Source: Lingula anatina
Taxonomy: Eukaryota > Animalia > Brachiopoda
Length of the DNA: 64,000 bases
Assembly (NCBI GenBank): GCA_051362555.1
Contig: CM120649.1
Coordinates: forward strand, 10,912,001-10,976,000
Direction of reading: 5' to 3'
Part shown: in pieces, positions 1 through 14,414 of the stretch
How the letters are laid out: each line of letters starts with the position of its first letter
Position numbering within the stretch: position 1 is the first letter of the stretch
The notes under the pieces: model-generated
What the model saw: the letters and a program-made list of their open reading frames with translations, nothing else
Told to the model about the DNA's origin: nothing
The model's database searches: none
Position numbers and translations under genes: made by a program

Positions 1-1378
1 CTTCCAAATACGTCAGCAATCTGCTTCAAAACAAACTGAAGTTCATGGCCTAATAAAGCCAGCGGCGGATATTGCCTTTTCTTTCTTTCTTTTTTTCTTT
101 ATTCTTTTTTTTTTTCGCAAATATTTTCGACGAAAAAAGTTTAGCAGATCATTCTTACGACCCGTAGACCTAAGCTGTGCAGTAGGAAACGATGTAACTG
201 TCAACAAAAAATTTGGGGGGGGGGGGGAGGGGGGGGAGGGGGCGTTTCAGTATTATTATCATGCATACACTGTATGTTATGGTCTAGACATGATTTCATT
301 GCAAAGCGTCAATTTTCTATTCTGTAGAGTGAGTCCTATAAGTACAGAATTGCCACACGGTTCTCGGCCACTTTTGTTATGTGGTTCTATGATGAAAGAC
401 ATCAAGACTGATTTCTGGTTCTCTGTGTGCTCCTATCTCATGGTATTATTGTATACAGAACTCTGCACGGCACACTTACTTTAACGTTGCATCTTGTAAT
501 AGGAATTGTCCCGTCTGCCTCAAAGTGTCCCCGAGATCAAGAACAAGATTTTATACCTGTATATATACACCGTATAGAGAGCCTTTCGATTGAAAGTAGT
601 GTTATAATTCTACATGAATATAATTATACAACCTAAATTCAGTAGTGTTATATCCACTACTGAATGCTAAACCCTGACGCTTATTAGAATCAGCCTAACT
701 ACCAGACTAAATGATAACTTTGTAAACCCAAAATCTGTGTAGTAAACATCCAATAGTTAAAATGTATCAACTAGGAGACAGTGCGTTCGGAATATCTGCC
801 AAAAGTAGCAGTGAAGATGTCATTGACGAGCATTCTGTGCAGCAGTTTTTTAGAGTTGTCTTAACGCCTTTGCAATTAGTATGACAGCTTTGTTTATACT
901 TATATCACTGCATAATAAAATGAATAATATATAACACCTTCCACGTTTATAATTGTTTTAAAAATCCACTGACGACATAATTAAAAGAACATATACAAAA
1001 CACTACCACACATGTACTTGTATAGTGGTGCTCAACATTATATAACGTCTACTTTTCGTTTTCAGTTGATTGTGGCTATCACAAATTTGATTCCATTGCC
1101 AAGAAAGGCATGCTGGGAACTGTCTAAATTAATGCTTTATTATTATAAAGACTTGTACTGTTTCTGCCATTTTCACCGCTGTAATATCAGACAACAAAGG
1201 CTACATGCGGGTTACGACACATTTGGAAGAGGAGAAGGGGAGAATTCTACGTTCCAAAGTATTTTTTTTCAAACCGACTTTGTCGAAAAGATACAGGGGT
1301 ATATTGAAAATAGCGTGACATCGAACTAAGGATATCCATGGCCTGGCTAAACACACATACAGTATATGAACGTGGCTG

Positions 1379-1444
<66 letters not shown>
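1379..1444. repeat. (TA)n microsatellite
   Basis: Uninterrupted TA dinucleotide run of about 65 bp. Confidence 0.95.
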
Positions 1445-1447
<3 letters not shown>

Positions 1448-4400
1448 CTAAGTTTACTTTAGGTACATAATCAACAATCTCTTGTGTATATTTCTGTCAA
1501 CAAGTCGTCCTGTTACATGAACAAGTGGAACCCATTACCTAAATAAGACAGGTCGTGCTTGTTGTTGCCCAAGAATAGGTGCTGCAGTGATTTTCATCAG
1601 CGATGAGTCATTTAGGAATGTACATGTACACAGCAAAAAATCGACATTTATATAATTGCCATGTGCTGAGAGTAATCTAATACACGACTGTTTACTGTAA
1701 ACTGCTGCTAATAACCATAAAGGGAATGTGTCATGGTTGCAATGAACGTTAAAACAGATAAGGACGGGCCTGTGGGGATTGTAATGGCTTGGAATAGTAC
1801 ATCACTTGATTAACCGCCTTGCTATATAATAGAAGGGGGTACAAAGACGAACTCTATCAGGGCTACTGGGCCAAATGATATTTTATTGCGGTCAACCGCT
1901 TTACAGATTCGATAATGGCGTTATATAGCACGCAAAGTTATAGGAAACATGAAGATGTGTGACTGGTTAAAGAGAAATAAGACTCGCAATAGCTGAACCG
2001 TTATTGCCTGATTGATAAGAAATTTCCGGAACCTGGAAATGGTTTTTCCTTTTAAGTCTTTTCGTTGACTAAAGATCTCATGGGGCACTATTACAAATTG
2101 AGCTTGGTTAAACTAATAGCAACCTTGAGCGATTTGAAATATCCAAGATGGCCGCTTACGTCCCTTGGGAATCATATTCTTTCAAACAACAGGTGTATCA
2201 TCTTTTGTCATACAACTTGTTATTTCGGTATAAAATGATGTTCATTTAACTTCTTTGCTGATAAAATTCGGTCATGCAAAAGTGCAATTTGAACATTGAT
2301 TTAGCAAAGCATCCTCGTTTTTGGTAAAAACATATATCGGTGCATGTTAAGATTAATTTACATTAAATCCCCTCTTTTGTAGCCATGTACTGAATAACTT
2401 AAACGTATGGCACTACAGATGACGTCATCCACAGAGTCAAAACACTTAGCTTCCCTTTCCGTCAGTTGAAACCCATTACGCGTGCGGTACGTGTGAAAAA
2501 CTGCACTCGGAAGATGAGATAAGTCGTTGGTGGTGGTTATATTTTCCTAGAAACGCAAACTTACGAGATTATAACCTTATGTGAGATTTACACCAGTTTC
2601 TGCCATCTAGGGGCTTCATTGGCCAACTAACACGGCACTCAACCAAATCCCACAGTTACCAGGGAAGTGTGAAAAAGAATTACGTGCTACATGTACCGAA
2701 ACAAACATTAACCAATTATTTACCAGACATTTTATAATCCCAGACACCGCACTTATAATGTACATGGCTTGTTTAATCACTAACGTGGATGTCTGGTTTT
2801 TAGGTTTCGCTTTAAAATGTGGTTTAATCATATAAAAGCTACTGAAAGAATACATCCAATAAAAATAGTACTAACGAAGCAATTTTACTGTCCAATTTCC
2901 CAACTGCGGCCAACCATTCTCAACATAATGGAATATATCGATAATAATATTAACAATGCCAACAAAATTGATAATGATAAAAATTATAAAATTCAATTTA
3001 CTGCCAGAGTCCCATATCGTAAAAGAAATGCGTCGCAATGAGAATACCAATATATAGCCTAGGCTTATCTAAAACATAATGCAGACTGATAACCCTATAT
3101 ACCATGAAGTGCCCTGTAATGTACAGTATTAAATTTCTTAAAATCGACATAAACTGGTAATATAAACTTTGATGAGAATTTATAACAGTGTGTGAAGTAT
3201 TGACGCCAGTAGGTAACGAAGGTATTATGTAGCCAATGCATATAAATATATCTTATCAATTTATTTCTTCTCATGAAATCGATAACAGATAATCAAGACT
3301 TTATAATAATACGTAAAATATCTTATTCATCAGAGACGTCAGATTTCTTCATGAGGATGACATACACAACAGGAGTAATTGGTTTATCGAACGCAAATAA
3401 GCATAGAAGGGATGCTTCAACCCACAGCGGATCCATAAAGCAAGCAGAAATCACCTTTGTCATTCAAGGCTCTTGCAAAGACACCCAAATAGAGCAAACC
3501 CTTTATAAAGCAAGTTTAGTTTACATGGAAATATTAACACTTTATTCATAATTATCACATCCAGCATCGTTGGCACAATAACTAAGTATAAACCATTTAC
3601 TGAATTCTGCACTCTCGTAATAAAAATATGTAATGTCGAATTTCACTAAACTAAAAACTAAATAAAAACTAAAAAGTTTGAACTCGAAAACGGATGTACA
3701 GATTGTACAGATTAATTTGTATATGTGCATCACGCATTTTTTTTCAGAAAATAGGTTTCACAAATACCTGGGAATACAGAAGACCAAATATGCACGATGT
3801 TATACTCAAGTAATATCTGGCAATTTTCAAGATGTGAAAACAAATCAAAACATTTTTATAACATGAACAACATTTGTGATGAAGGTCGATATCCTACCAC
3901 CAAATGACCGGCGCCACTTTGTAATTTGCGTCATTGTTCATTCCATCAACAACATTAAGTGTGTTGGCTTCATGTCTACAAAGTAAATTTAAAGAAAATC
4001 TATGAAGTCCATCGTGAATTAGAACACGCAATACGGATTGCCATCTTATTCAATATGTTGACTTAACTCATCTTCTATATACATCTTTGCAGATAACCTG
4101 CGCACCTGCGCACTCCTACGAAAATGGACCACCTCGAACTGATATATATACGTAGAGAGAGAGAGAAGGAGAGAGAGAGACGCAGGGTGATGGAAAACGG
4201 TAAAACTCATGAGCATTGCGCGTTGCAAGCGTCCTAACTGCTGGAACAATATCTCAATTTACTTATCATCTGACAGAGGTTTAAGATAGAACTGGAGTGA
4301 ACAAATCTTGTCTTGGTGCCTTATATTTTCAATAAGCCACTCGATTACAAATTGGAAATGATGCAAAATTAGTTTCCATCGAGCGGAACTTTATAACCTA

Positions 4401-5465
4401 ATGACGTCATTACTACGTTGCCCACTTCAGAAGTTCCAGAATCCTGTTTAAATAAATAAAACAATATTTACAGGGGAATGTGTGCAGTTTGTCCATAGAA
4501 GAAAGATATTGATATTATTCAATGCTTTCAACTTTAACCTTTATTTTCCTCTTGCTTAGCTCATTTCATATATAAAAGGTGATTGGATTGGTCTTTTCCC
4601 ACGCCATAACTCATTTTAAATGTAACGTTTTATAACATTGATCTTTTCCTACGTCATAACTTATTCCAAATGAGTTGATTACACTGGTCTTTCTATCTTC
4701 CTTAATCCATTTCTATCTTCCACAAAACTCCACATTCCTTTCTTTGAGATACGCAGATGTGTACATGTAAGAATTAAGGAAACGAATCTGATGAATAATA
4801 ACAGAATTAGGAGAAACTAGAATAGTCTATAAGACATCAAGTGGTGAGGAGATATATGAAATTACACTAGATTTTTCGTCGTAATTATATGTCGCTATTG
4901 CACAAACAAAGTTTTAGTCACGTGCTATCAACGCATCTCTGGTTTTAGATTCTGCATTTGGCCTTTTCACGTCTTTCCATACTATCAAGTATAACCGAAA
5001 TGTATCCTATTCAATTGGTATTTGGTTCATCACTGAAATGTTTCCATATTTAGTTGGGTTAAGGATGAGATCTACCCATGAATTCACTCCATTAGTTGTT
5101 AACACTTGCCAACAACCAACGGCTTATGGAAATAAGAGCTAGCAGAATCCATTAGGAATATAATTAAGGCAATTTGATTGAACGAGATTTTGAATTACAT
5201 TTATATTCACAGCTGCTGCGGAACTTTTAAGAATCAATCTTCACGAACAACATGGGGAATATTCATTGTCGTTTAACCCTGCAAAAAATAAACGGCCATT
5301 TTGCTCCAGACACAACAACACAAATGTTCCTGTAGCTTAAAATATGTCCCAATTTTAATTATTAATAAAGAATTGATCTGTATCATTTATCTCTATGATA
5401 AGGTAGGTATTGTAGGAGTGGTTATCAATCAACTTGATGTCAAATGGTACACATTTATCTGAACA

Positions 5466-5642
5466 TTGCTTGGTTACCATGGAATCTTAATATCAAGTGG
5501 CAATCCTTTATGTATACATTGCTTGGTTGCCATATACCTAAATACCACGTGGTAACAAATTTTTTATGGAGATAACACATTTCTTGGTAACCATGGTATC
5601 TGAACATAAAGCGGTAATCATAAACATCACATGGTAACCAGG
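5466..5642. repeat. Degenerate ~55-60 bp tandem repeat with near-palindromic GGTTACCATGG/GGTAACCATGG cores
   Basis: ttgcttggttaccatgg (~5467), ttgcttggttgccat (~5519), ttcttggtaaccatgg (~5581) and catggtaacc (~5630) recur at roughly regular spacing. Confidence 0.45.
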
Positions 5643-6702
5643 TGTTAAAATAATATTTGATTAACCTGTTATTCAAAATAATATTAAGTCAAGATGGTGT
5701 TTTTTGTATACAAATGAAGCGGTATGCATCAAATAGTTTAGAAAAGACACTGAAACTGCTCGAACTAACGCTATGCCAGATGACATAAGTGTTTAGAAAT
5801 GTACGTTTGAATGTCCCCAGAGCAATAACCAAACGGCTTGCACCTATCCAAAGTTTTCTTTCAATAATTTCGAACGGCGTCCTTGAAGACCCACAATGCA
5901 TAAAATTCAATTAACTTTCTTGCACCTATTGTTTCATGAACAGTACAAATAACTGTATGTGATAGCTATATAGGTTGCTTTTAAGCATGCCAAAAGTTCG
6001 AAGACCTAAAGCAAATAATCCTCTGCATTAAGTTGATATCTGATGACATTCTGGCATTTTATCTCAGCTTCATTTCAACGAAAAAAGGCTTCTTCTTAAA
6101 CTTTAAAGAACACAGAATATTTTTCTTCTTTTTAGTGCGGTGGATAATAATTGTACAATGAATGTTAAGACGCATAAAAATATGTTATTATCACTTAAGC
6201 ACGTGGCGTACAGCGCCATCTAATAGCCGATTCTGTATTCTTAATGTTCATAGAGTTTTTACGAAAACCTTGAATCTTGGACATATAATTGTGTCTTTAG
6301 CATCTTAGTAGCTTCATTACGCATTGTATTATATTACTGTATGCACATACGCTCCAAAGAACAACGCACCCTAGTATTCATGTAAATTCCAGTCCACTTG
6401 CATTAGGTTTATTTTACAGATTTGCGTCGTAATAGTTTTCTAGGTTAGAATGTGCGTTTTTGTGGAGTTATACCGTATGTTGAAATTTTGAGTTTTTGAA
6501 TACTATATTTTTCTTTTTTTGTTAAACACACCCCCTTACCGAATCCTTGACCCTATATGCATGTCGAACGCATGACCAGAAATGTGAGACCCGGGTTTTC
6601 AATAAAAACAGACTTGGTAATTAAGTGTCTTTCTATTTTTGTGTCATTTACGCCATATATAATATGGCAGTGACACAATTCACATTTTTCACGTGGCCTT
6701 AC

Positions 6703-7250
6703 CTGTGACTTTCGGCTTTTCCTCCGCGTGCTGGAATGCTGCCGTGGTATTTTACACTCGTTGCAGGTGGTTGTGATAAGCCTTTGGAACCAGGAGGATA
6801 CAACCAGTTGCCAGTTTTCTTCCTTTTCACAAGCTTAATTTGTTACGACCTCTGACGTCTGAGTACTGTCTCCTATACTTCAAATCTATAAATAGATACT
6901 GTACTATTTTCTCTCTGTGACGGTTTACCACTCAGTCAATTACTGCACTTATCTCGGTGAATAAATCACAACGATGGTTTTCCCTCTGAAGGTGTCCTTA
7001 TGAGTCAGAAATTGGTTGACAACGCACGATGGTTCACCCACAACAGGTTCTCAGCTCACAGATTTTCCTGACTCTTCAAACCTCAAATTGTCCGAGATAA
7101 TGCCAGCTAACCCAAAAGCAAAAAAAACAAGTGATAGCAGTGTTCAATGAGGGGCTTAAGGCAGGACCACCTTAACTCCAATCATACACACTGACTTCAC
7201 GACTCCTAAACAGCAATGACTGGCGTCTCTCTGGGACTGCAGCTTTTATA
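6703..7250 (-). promoter_or_regulatory. Probable Pol II core promoter (TATA + Inr) and non-coding first exon of a minus-strand gene continuing towards or beyond the left edge
   Basis: Minus strand has TATAAAA at 7250-7244, an Inr-like CCAGTC with its A at ~7221 (29 nt downstream of the first T), and a strong donor CAG|GTAAGG at 6703/6702. No long ORF lies between them. Confidence 0.45.
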
Positions 7251-7984
7251 AGCGCAAGGTCAGCTTACTGAGAGAACGCTTAGTTTTCCTGGTAATCGAT
7301 ACCAAAGGCAACATACAGGGGGTCTAGAAAGACTGCGCGCTCATTTGTGAACCGAAATCCGCGGTATGCGCCAATTTGCAGGCGTCTTCGGCAGACAGAT
7401 TTTTGTGAAATTAAATAAAATTAAGGCATTCAATGTGGATATTGTCCCCCAGGGAAATAGATTAACGAGAAAATGTAAAGGCAGTTCTTTGTGAGCACCC
7501 CCAGGATCGATATCCTAGAATAACTACATGGGTTTCCGGGAGTATGCGAACAACTGCAAGATGACTGCTTGTAATCGATAGCGAATGTGTTCATAGTTGT
7601 CAGGAACAATTGCATACAGAAGGTGTTGGAAGAAACCGGCTGGTAATTAAACACGGTAAATCGATATTATATGGAATTGTCTAGGAGACGTTGAAAAGCC
7701 GAATATGACACTCAGTTTATTCAATGTTTTCCAAGAAAGAGTTACTTAATAATCTAAATGTTATTATCGCCACAACGTGTTTATGTGCGTCGCTAATAGT
7801 CTAAAGACAGCATTTAACTCTGCAGTTTTATCGTAAGCGTTGTAGTGCTTTTGAACACCAAAAAATTCGCTTACAATTTCTTTCTATTCAATGATTTTCG
7901 TGCATGATCCATTATCAATTTGAAAGAAAGATTTAACACAATGATTTTCCCATAGGGGTTTAAAACTTTTTTTGAGTGTATAGT

Positions 7985-7986
7985 AT

Positions 7987-8045
<59 letters not shown>
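7985..8045. repeat. (TTTA)n microsatellite
   Basis: Direct observation. Confidence 0.95.
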
Positions 8046-8331
8046 TCACTCTTGTCTGTTAGTCCTCCAGTTTCGCAGTTAATAATGTGTCAAACAAAAC
8101 AAACAAAAGTTGCGAATTTTATCTAATGTTTTTTACTTGAATATTATTAGTGTACATTTTACTCACTCTGTAAAAATTAATTGGCCTGCGTTGCATTGAT
8201 CAACGACGGATATATTCCTGCAAGCTGAAAGTGTTATCGCTTATCTGTTAGAGAATGCTCGGTAAAATAATGATTAAACTTAATGACACATGTTTACAGC
8301 AGGAGAACGACCAAGAATTGAGACTGACGGT

Positions 8332-8352
8332 TTCTCTCTCTCTTTCTCTCTT

Positions 8353-8418
<66 letters not shown>

Positions 8419-8605
8419 GTACATAAAGACACGGCGACTACCCCACACAAACATACCAAACAAACACACAAACAAACAAACAAACAAACAAACGAACAAA
8501 CGAACGAACGAACGAACGAACTAACAAACAAACAAACAGACAGACAAGCAAACGAACAAACAAACATACACAAAAACAAACAAACAAACAAACAAACAAA
8601 CAAAC
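8332..8605. repeat. Compound microsatellite (CT)n(CA)n...(CAAA/CGAA)n
   Basis: Direct observation; it explains the low-complexity ORFs at 8248-8655. Confidence 0.95.
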
Positions 8606-8806
8606 ACGGGGGACACAAACGAACGTACTATTCATTGTCTAATCACTACATTTAAAGAGGCACATTGCGAGGGAGGAAACATACATATTGCTATCATTAA
8701 CGCAGAAACATCTCCCTAAGGTGAAAATACCCAAAACAGACACGTACTCTTCCACTGCTATTCGCTTCACGGTATGAACACGTGCATGCCATCTCATTTA
8801 ATTCAT

Positions 8807-8847
<41 letters not shown>

Positions 8848-10182
8848 CATACCCAGAACCCAAGTAGGCCTACGTATATGCACTCATCTGCATGTTGGGT
8901 AGTGGAAAATTCCTATCAGAGGAAAATTCCATTTTGCAGTGGTCATGGCCATATTACTTGTTATCCTCAATGTAGCTTGTTTTAGAGAAGGGTGTTAACG
9001 CTGACTTAATGTGACATATATGTATGCCCCCTCATATACACACTTACACACGCGCACGCGCGCGCGTGTGGCATATGACATTATTACAAATTGTCATCTA
9101 ATTTGTTCACGTCACTTCCTCATGTCTGTTACAGTCTATAACTAACGCGTGGAAAGAAGACAAGACTAATCGCCTACACGCGCGATGTCAACCGACGCGA
9201 TTTTATAGCACGAATAGTTTCCTATTGCAAATCGCATATATTATTCCACTAGATTTCTACTAATGCTAAGTGACCAGAATTTCCCGCTGCATTTCTTAGC
9301 ATGCAAGCATGTATGACTTGGCCTTTCTACGACCCCACTTCATACTCTACGCCACGTGAAAATTTCTTTATACCATGAACTAATTCATCGAAATCACTAC
9401 AGATGCAATTTCGACTGGTTTAATTTCTCAAAGACAATAGCACACGGACTGAGGGCGTGAGAAGCTTTCTATTCTTAAGCTCACCGTAGGTAGCAAATGC
9501 TTGAAATCACGTTTTTATTCCGCATCCTACGACCAGTAGCATGTTGCGACACAGCTGAATCATGTTGAACGGAGTAACTTCACGAAGCGGGCGGCAGCGA
9601 TGGGCCTTTTACCGAGACGCGTTAACTGCCTGCAATAAGCAAGTTTAATTCCTTAAGGCCTCGGATCTAAATTTTTCTTCTGTAAATTGGAGGGATGAAC
9701 TGTGTAAATCAAGCTGTTATTATATTTGATTACCATGTAGTGAGCCAGCTCATTCGTCGTCACTACATTTGTAACACTGACTGGCTCTAACAGTGCAAAA
9801 ATGCATATTTACATCGTTGTTTGTATGTTTGTGTATCTGGTTTTTATTTTGGTATTGTTTGTGACAGTGGAAAAGATGTCATAAAAAGGCGTCTTGACAA
9901 ATAGTGTTCAGGATAGGCAATTCTATATTCAGGAGGAAAAATATGTGGTCTTTTATTCTTAATGAGTTGACTTTTTAAACATTCTAATTTCTAGTATTTG
10001 CAATTCGCCTTGGCGGAATTCTTTGCTCTTTAAGTTTTCTCTAGATCGTAGTTACATTTTAAGCATAAATTGCATTGAATTGAAAGGGAAAACAGATTAT
10101 GTTCTTGAGTGGCGTCATCATTATGTGAAGGTTAGAACATCTTTCGTTTCCTTAGATTTCTTTATCAAGAATAATTCTATAA

Positions 10183-10228
<46 letters not shown>

Positions 10229-11468
10229 TCTAGCAGTGTTTCCATCCCTTTGCACTACATTTTGCCCTCTTCTATTGTTTTAGGCTTCGTTCACATGGAA
10301 TGTCTATTTTCTAAAAATCTATTTTCTATTCGCGGTATCTTATGATCACGGTCTGTGCCCTGGCAACTTGTAGTAACTTATAGTAACTGGCTCGCGCTGC
10401 CAGTAATTACGCCGCGGGATATTCAGGGCAAAGTTTATAATCCCTTCGCCCCCTATCCTTCTCTGTTCTTTAAGAAATTCCTACATGTAGATCAAATATT
10501 TAAGTGGAGTCCTTATTGCACCAAGAATTTTTGTTTAAGTATGTTTAAGGACCACAATTTTCTTTGAAATCAAATGTATAGATGAAACGCTTTCTTCTTT
10601 CGTGGAATTCACTTGCCTAACGGGTAAGGGTCAAATTCACAATAGATTCTAACCAACCATCGCTCAGTCATCAACAAACCCATAAAATTTATATACATGT
10701 ACAATAAAATATTCAAGCAAACTTAAGAAATAGTATAATTAATTCGTAATTAAAGATTTTTTCATCAGCAATATCCATTCCTTGTTATTTCCCAACAAAA
10801 TGTTTTTTCTTTAGACTATGGCAATACTGCATTTGTTTTTATCATTGTTACACAAAAGTGTCGTGTTGATGTGGTGCTCGTTTGGCAGTTATTGGTTGAT
10901 TAAAAATACCTCGCCCAGCATCGACATTTAAAGAAAACATGTTAATGGCTTCATTTTTCTTATCTTATATAACATGTGTGGGTTTCACTGACAAAAGGTA
11001 TGTTTGGTATATTTTCAATTAGTTCCTTCATTAATGAGCAAGAAGTCATCAATTTCCGCTAGGATCCAACAAAAAGTTTATATTGGATCCTAGATTTCTG
11101 GAAAGAAAAACGCCAATTTAACAGTGACAATGCTATCTTGATTGGCATTTTTATTAGTCAAAATAAGATATAAAAAAGCACATTCTGAAATGACATGAAG
11201 AACATGACACTGTGTCACTCCGTTCAGTGGGTCATGGTGAGGTGGAGAGGAAATAAACGCATATCTTCAATACTTCTGCTTAATTAAATGACGCTCAAGT
11301 GACATTTTCTAGAAGGGACGCTCATGCCACTGCTCTGCCTTCTTTTCTAAAATGCCACAATCTTGGGTATAGCCATGAGCGTGTTCTTAGTGCAGTGAAG
11401 TGAGCGGAGGTGGTAGACTGTACGAAGTAGGAGTGACGACGCCGACAGCAGTCAAACCAACCACTACA

Positions 11469-11509
<41 letters not shown>

Positions 11510-14414
11510 GGGGTACAAATATAGGCCTATATATGTATACTTAAGTTCAGCAGTTATGAAACACCTTGGCGATTCCCTTAAAAATTACTCCTTTACTGTT
11601 TAGAATTTATAAAGTTTTCACCACAAAATGAGTACATGCATGTGAAAAACGACACCAGTGGTTTACAATTCCATCATGAAAATTAATCCATACATGTGAA
11701 TTGATGGCAGAAAGTACCATGGCATGGTGATGGTGGATCAAAATTTCTAAAGCCATCTGAAACTCGGGCTGCACAAAGAAACAGTCTGGTCCAATACTAG
11801 CTGACAAGCTCCATACGCTTTTGGTCTGTATTTGTCAAAAACAAAAAGTTGGGTCATATTTCCGCAAATTTTGAAATTCCTCGATTTCATGGGCAGTTTT
11901 ACTGTTTCATTTTAAGGGAAGAAAGTTTCATTTAATAAAAGCAGATCTGTACCTTTATCAACTTTTTTATTTGTTGACAAGTAATGCACATGCAGACTGT
12001 TTTCTTGGTTTTAGCACATTTTGACAGAACGGACATGACCTATATAATACTGAAACGACAATAATGACACTGGAGATTTTTATATATATTATATTTACAT
12101 TTGAACATTGGAAACAGTGATACAAGTGAAAAATTTACTTTAAAAGTGCAAATAAAACTTGTTTAAAATACAAAGATATATTGTTGATAAAAAGAGAAGA
12201 ATTTTATCAGCTGTGTTATATAATTATAAAAATCTTCAATCAATAGCTAAACATTGAACATGTTATTGAAATTTATCAAAATATTGGAGGTAGATCTAAA
12301 CATTATTATGATCTTCAACTGTTGATTGAAGAATTTTTTTTTATTCTTATTAATAAATTTGCATTACCATACTACTTCATACAAGTCTTACAGACCAACA
12401 TAACCTTGAAGTTTTTTTTAATCAAAGAGTTATAACTCCTTGTTTGGATTATATGTGAATATGTTACCAATAGCTTTGCATCTTATGCACTCTTTACTTT
12501 GTTAAGAGATTAAACTTTAAAAATTATATCTGGTATTAAATATTTATATCTGTACCAATATATGTACATTAAACACAGATCTGAAATACAAAATAATACT
12601 TGTCTAAAATATATATTGAACCTTTTGCTAATCTAGGCAACATATGAAATTTGTACATTCTCTATAAAGAAGATTATCTGACCAATCTTAGTTCATGTGT
12701 AGGTAGTAACATGGTGTTCTGAATCCAACGAGTACATCTCTCATGGCTTTCATATGCAGCTTTATATATAGTTATAGCTTTAAATTGCAACTATTATCAC
12801 CTTCCATATAAACATTCTATCATGCAACTTACATCTAACTGTAAGCACTGTAGCTAATATACATTTTATGATCTAACATTTATCTAACTGTAAGCACCTT
12901 TAATCTCATTTGTTAATATGATCATAATTGTTCAATCTTTGGTTTTCTGGGATAATAAACCACTGATGAATTCGTTATATATAACATAGTAAACACACAT
13001 TGTTTTTTGGGGATTGCAATAACACATGACCACACTTCACACATACTGAACAGTAGCCACCCCCAGGGGCCCTAACCCCATGGATATCTATGACACTTCC
13101 TGGGTTTTGACTACTGATAATTATATTAATCGCAAAAGCTACATAAGTAGTCTACCTTTATGCATGGCTATTTCAAGTACTGATAAAAATTTCTTAATGT
13201 AATAAAACTGTATCTTCAAACCACAACGACAGCCCCACCACCAGTTACATTAAAATCTGTAAAGGAAAACGCACATCCCTGATGCATAAATTACACAAAG
13301 AGATGAAGAGGAGGGAGGCAGACTGAGGAAGACTTTTGTAACAAAACTGCAAGGTTAGTAAACAGTTAAAGGCATCCAACTACATTCCCTGTGGCTGCTA
13401 CATCACACTTGTAATATTTTACAGTAACCAACATAGTTTATTTCACAGGTTTCAGCACCATGTGAGAAGATGAGTAAAAATATAAAACTGACAAGAAACA
13501 ACATAAAAGGCAACTCCACAAGACAATCTATGGCACTGTTTCTCCCATGCACATCTTTAAAACTCTAATTGTTATCCAATAAGACTAAATTTCTCAAATG
13601 CCGATTGATATTGTAACCTTCTCTGTAAAGTGGAGAAAAAGACCATAAAACAAAAATGCACACCACCAGTACATTCAATAGAGATCAAATGCTTACTGTA
13701 ATTCACTTACATATCTTGTAACAACCATTACTCAATAAAAAACTGCAAAAGAAAAAAAATGGTGGAGCAGACAATATTCTGCTGATATTCTTTGCCTCTT
13801 AAAATCATCACAACCAGGAGCACATTTCCTTTAAAGTAAAAAGAGAAAAAGAAAAAATAATAATTGGCCTAGCTTGTAGTTTTTAAAATTGTGCATAACT
13901 TGACAAAACTTGAAACTGATTGGAAAAATAATACCAGCTCTTTTTTCTGCATTTAAAGGTGCACAAAAGAGGATTTTGGCAACAAAATTCATATTTAACT
14001 AATTATCCAAAGGTTACCCAGGGTTATCCAACCTTAAATCTTTTCTTCTAACTCGCCATAACTCTAACACTTTTGGAAAAAGCCCAGGAATTAAATCGGT
14101 GCATAAGTGAAGGTTTTCCAAATAGCGCACAGTTCATTTCCGTTCATTCAACTTCCAGGTTTCGTAAAACTTTTGCGCCAGGTCTCCTGCTCTTTTCAAA
14201 CTGTGTCAAGATGGCTGACTACCAAGATTAAACAGGGGTTGGGGATTATGAATATTTTTTGTAATATGTACTTTTGTCCTGTGCTGTTCGCTTTAAATCA
14301 CAGCAAACAAAACTGTCAGTAAAAGCTAAAGTTCTATATACCACCACTCCTCAGTTTCTATCACAAGGTGGCCTGTTTCACCTGGTTCTACAGGTGGTAC
14401 ATACAGGTGTTTGA

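Noticed and set aside
290-6000. Short ORFs in the left 6 kb
   Set aside because: No homology cues, no compatible splice chain, and AT-rich random composition.
8248-8985. Overlapping ORFs rich in CV/HT/NKQT
   Set aside because: These are translations of microsatellites.
10023-10283. Poly-Lys ORF, or a retrocopy poly(A) tail
   Set aside because: It comes from a ~40-nt A run; I could not identify a TSD or a recognisable retroposed body.
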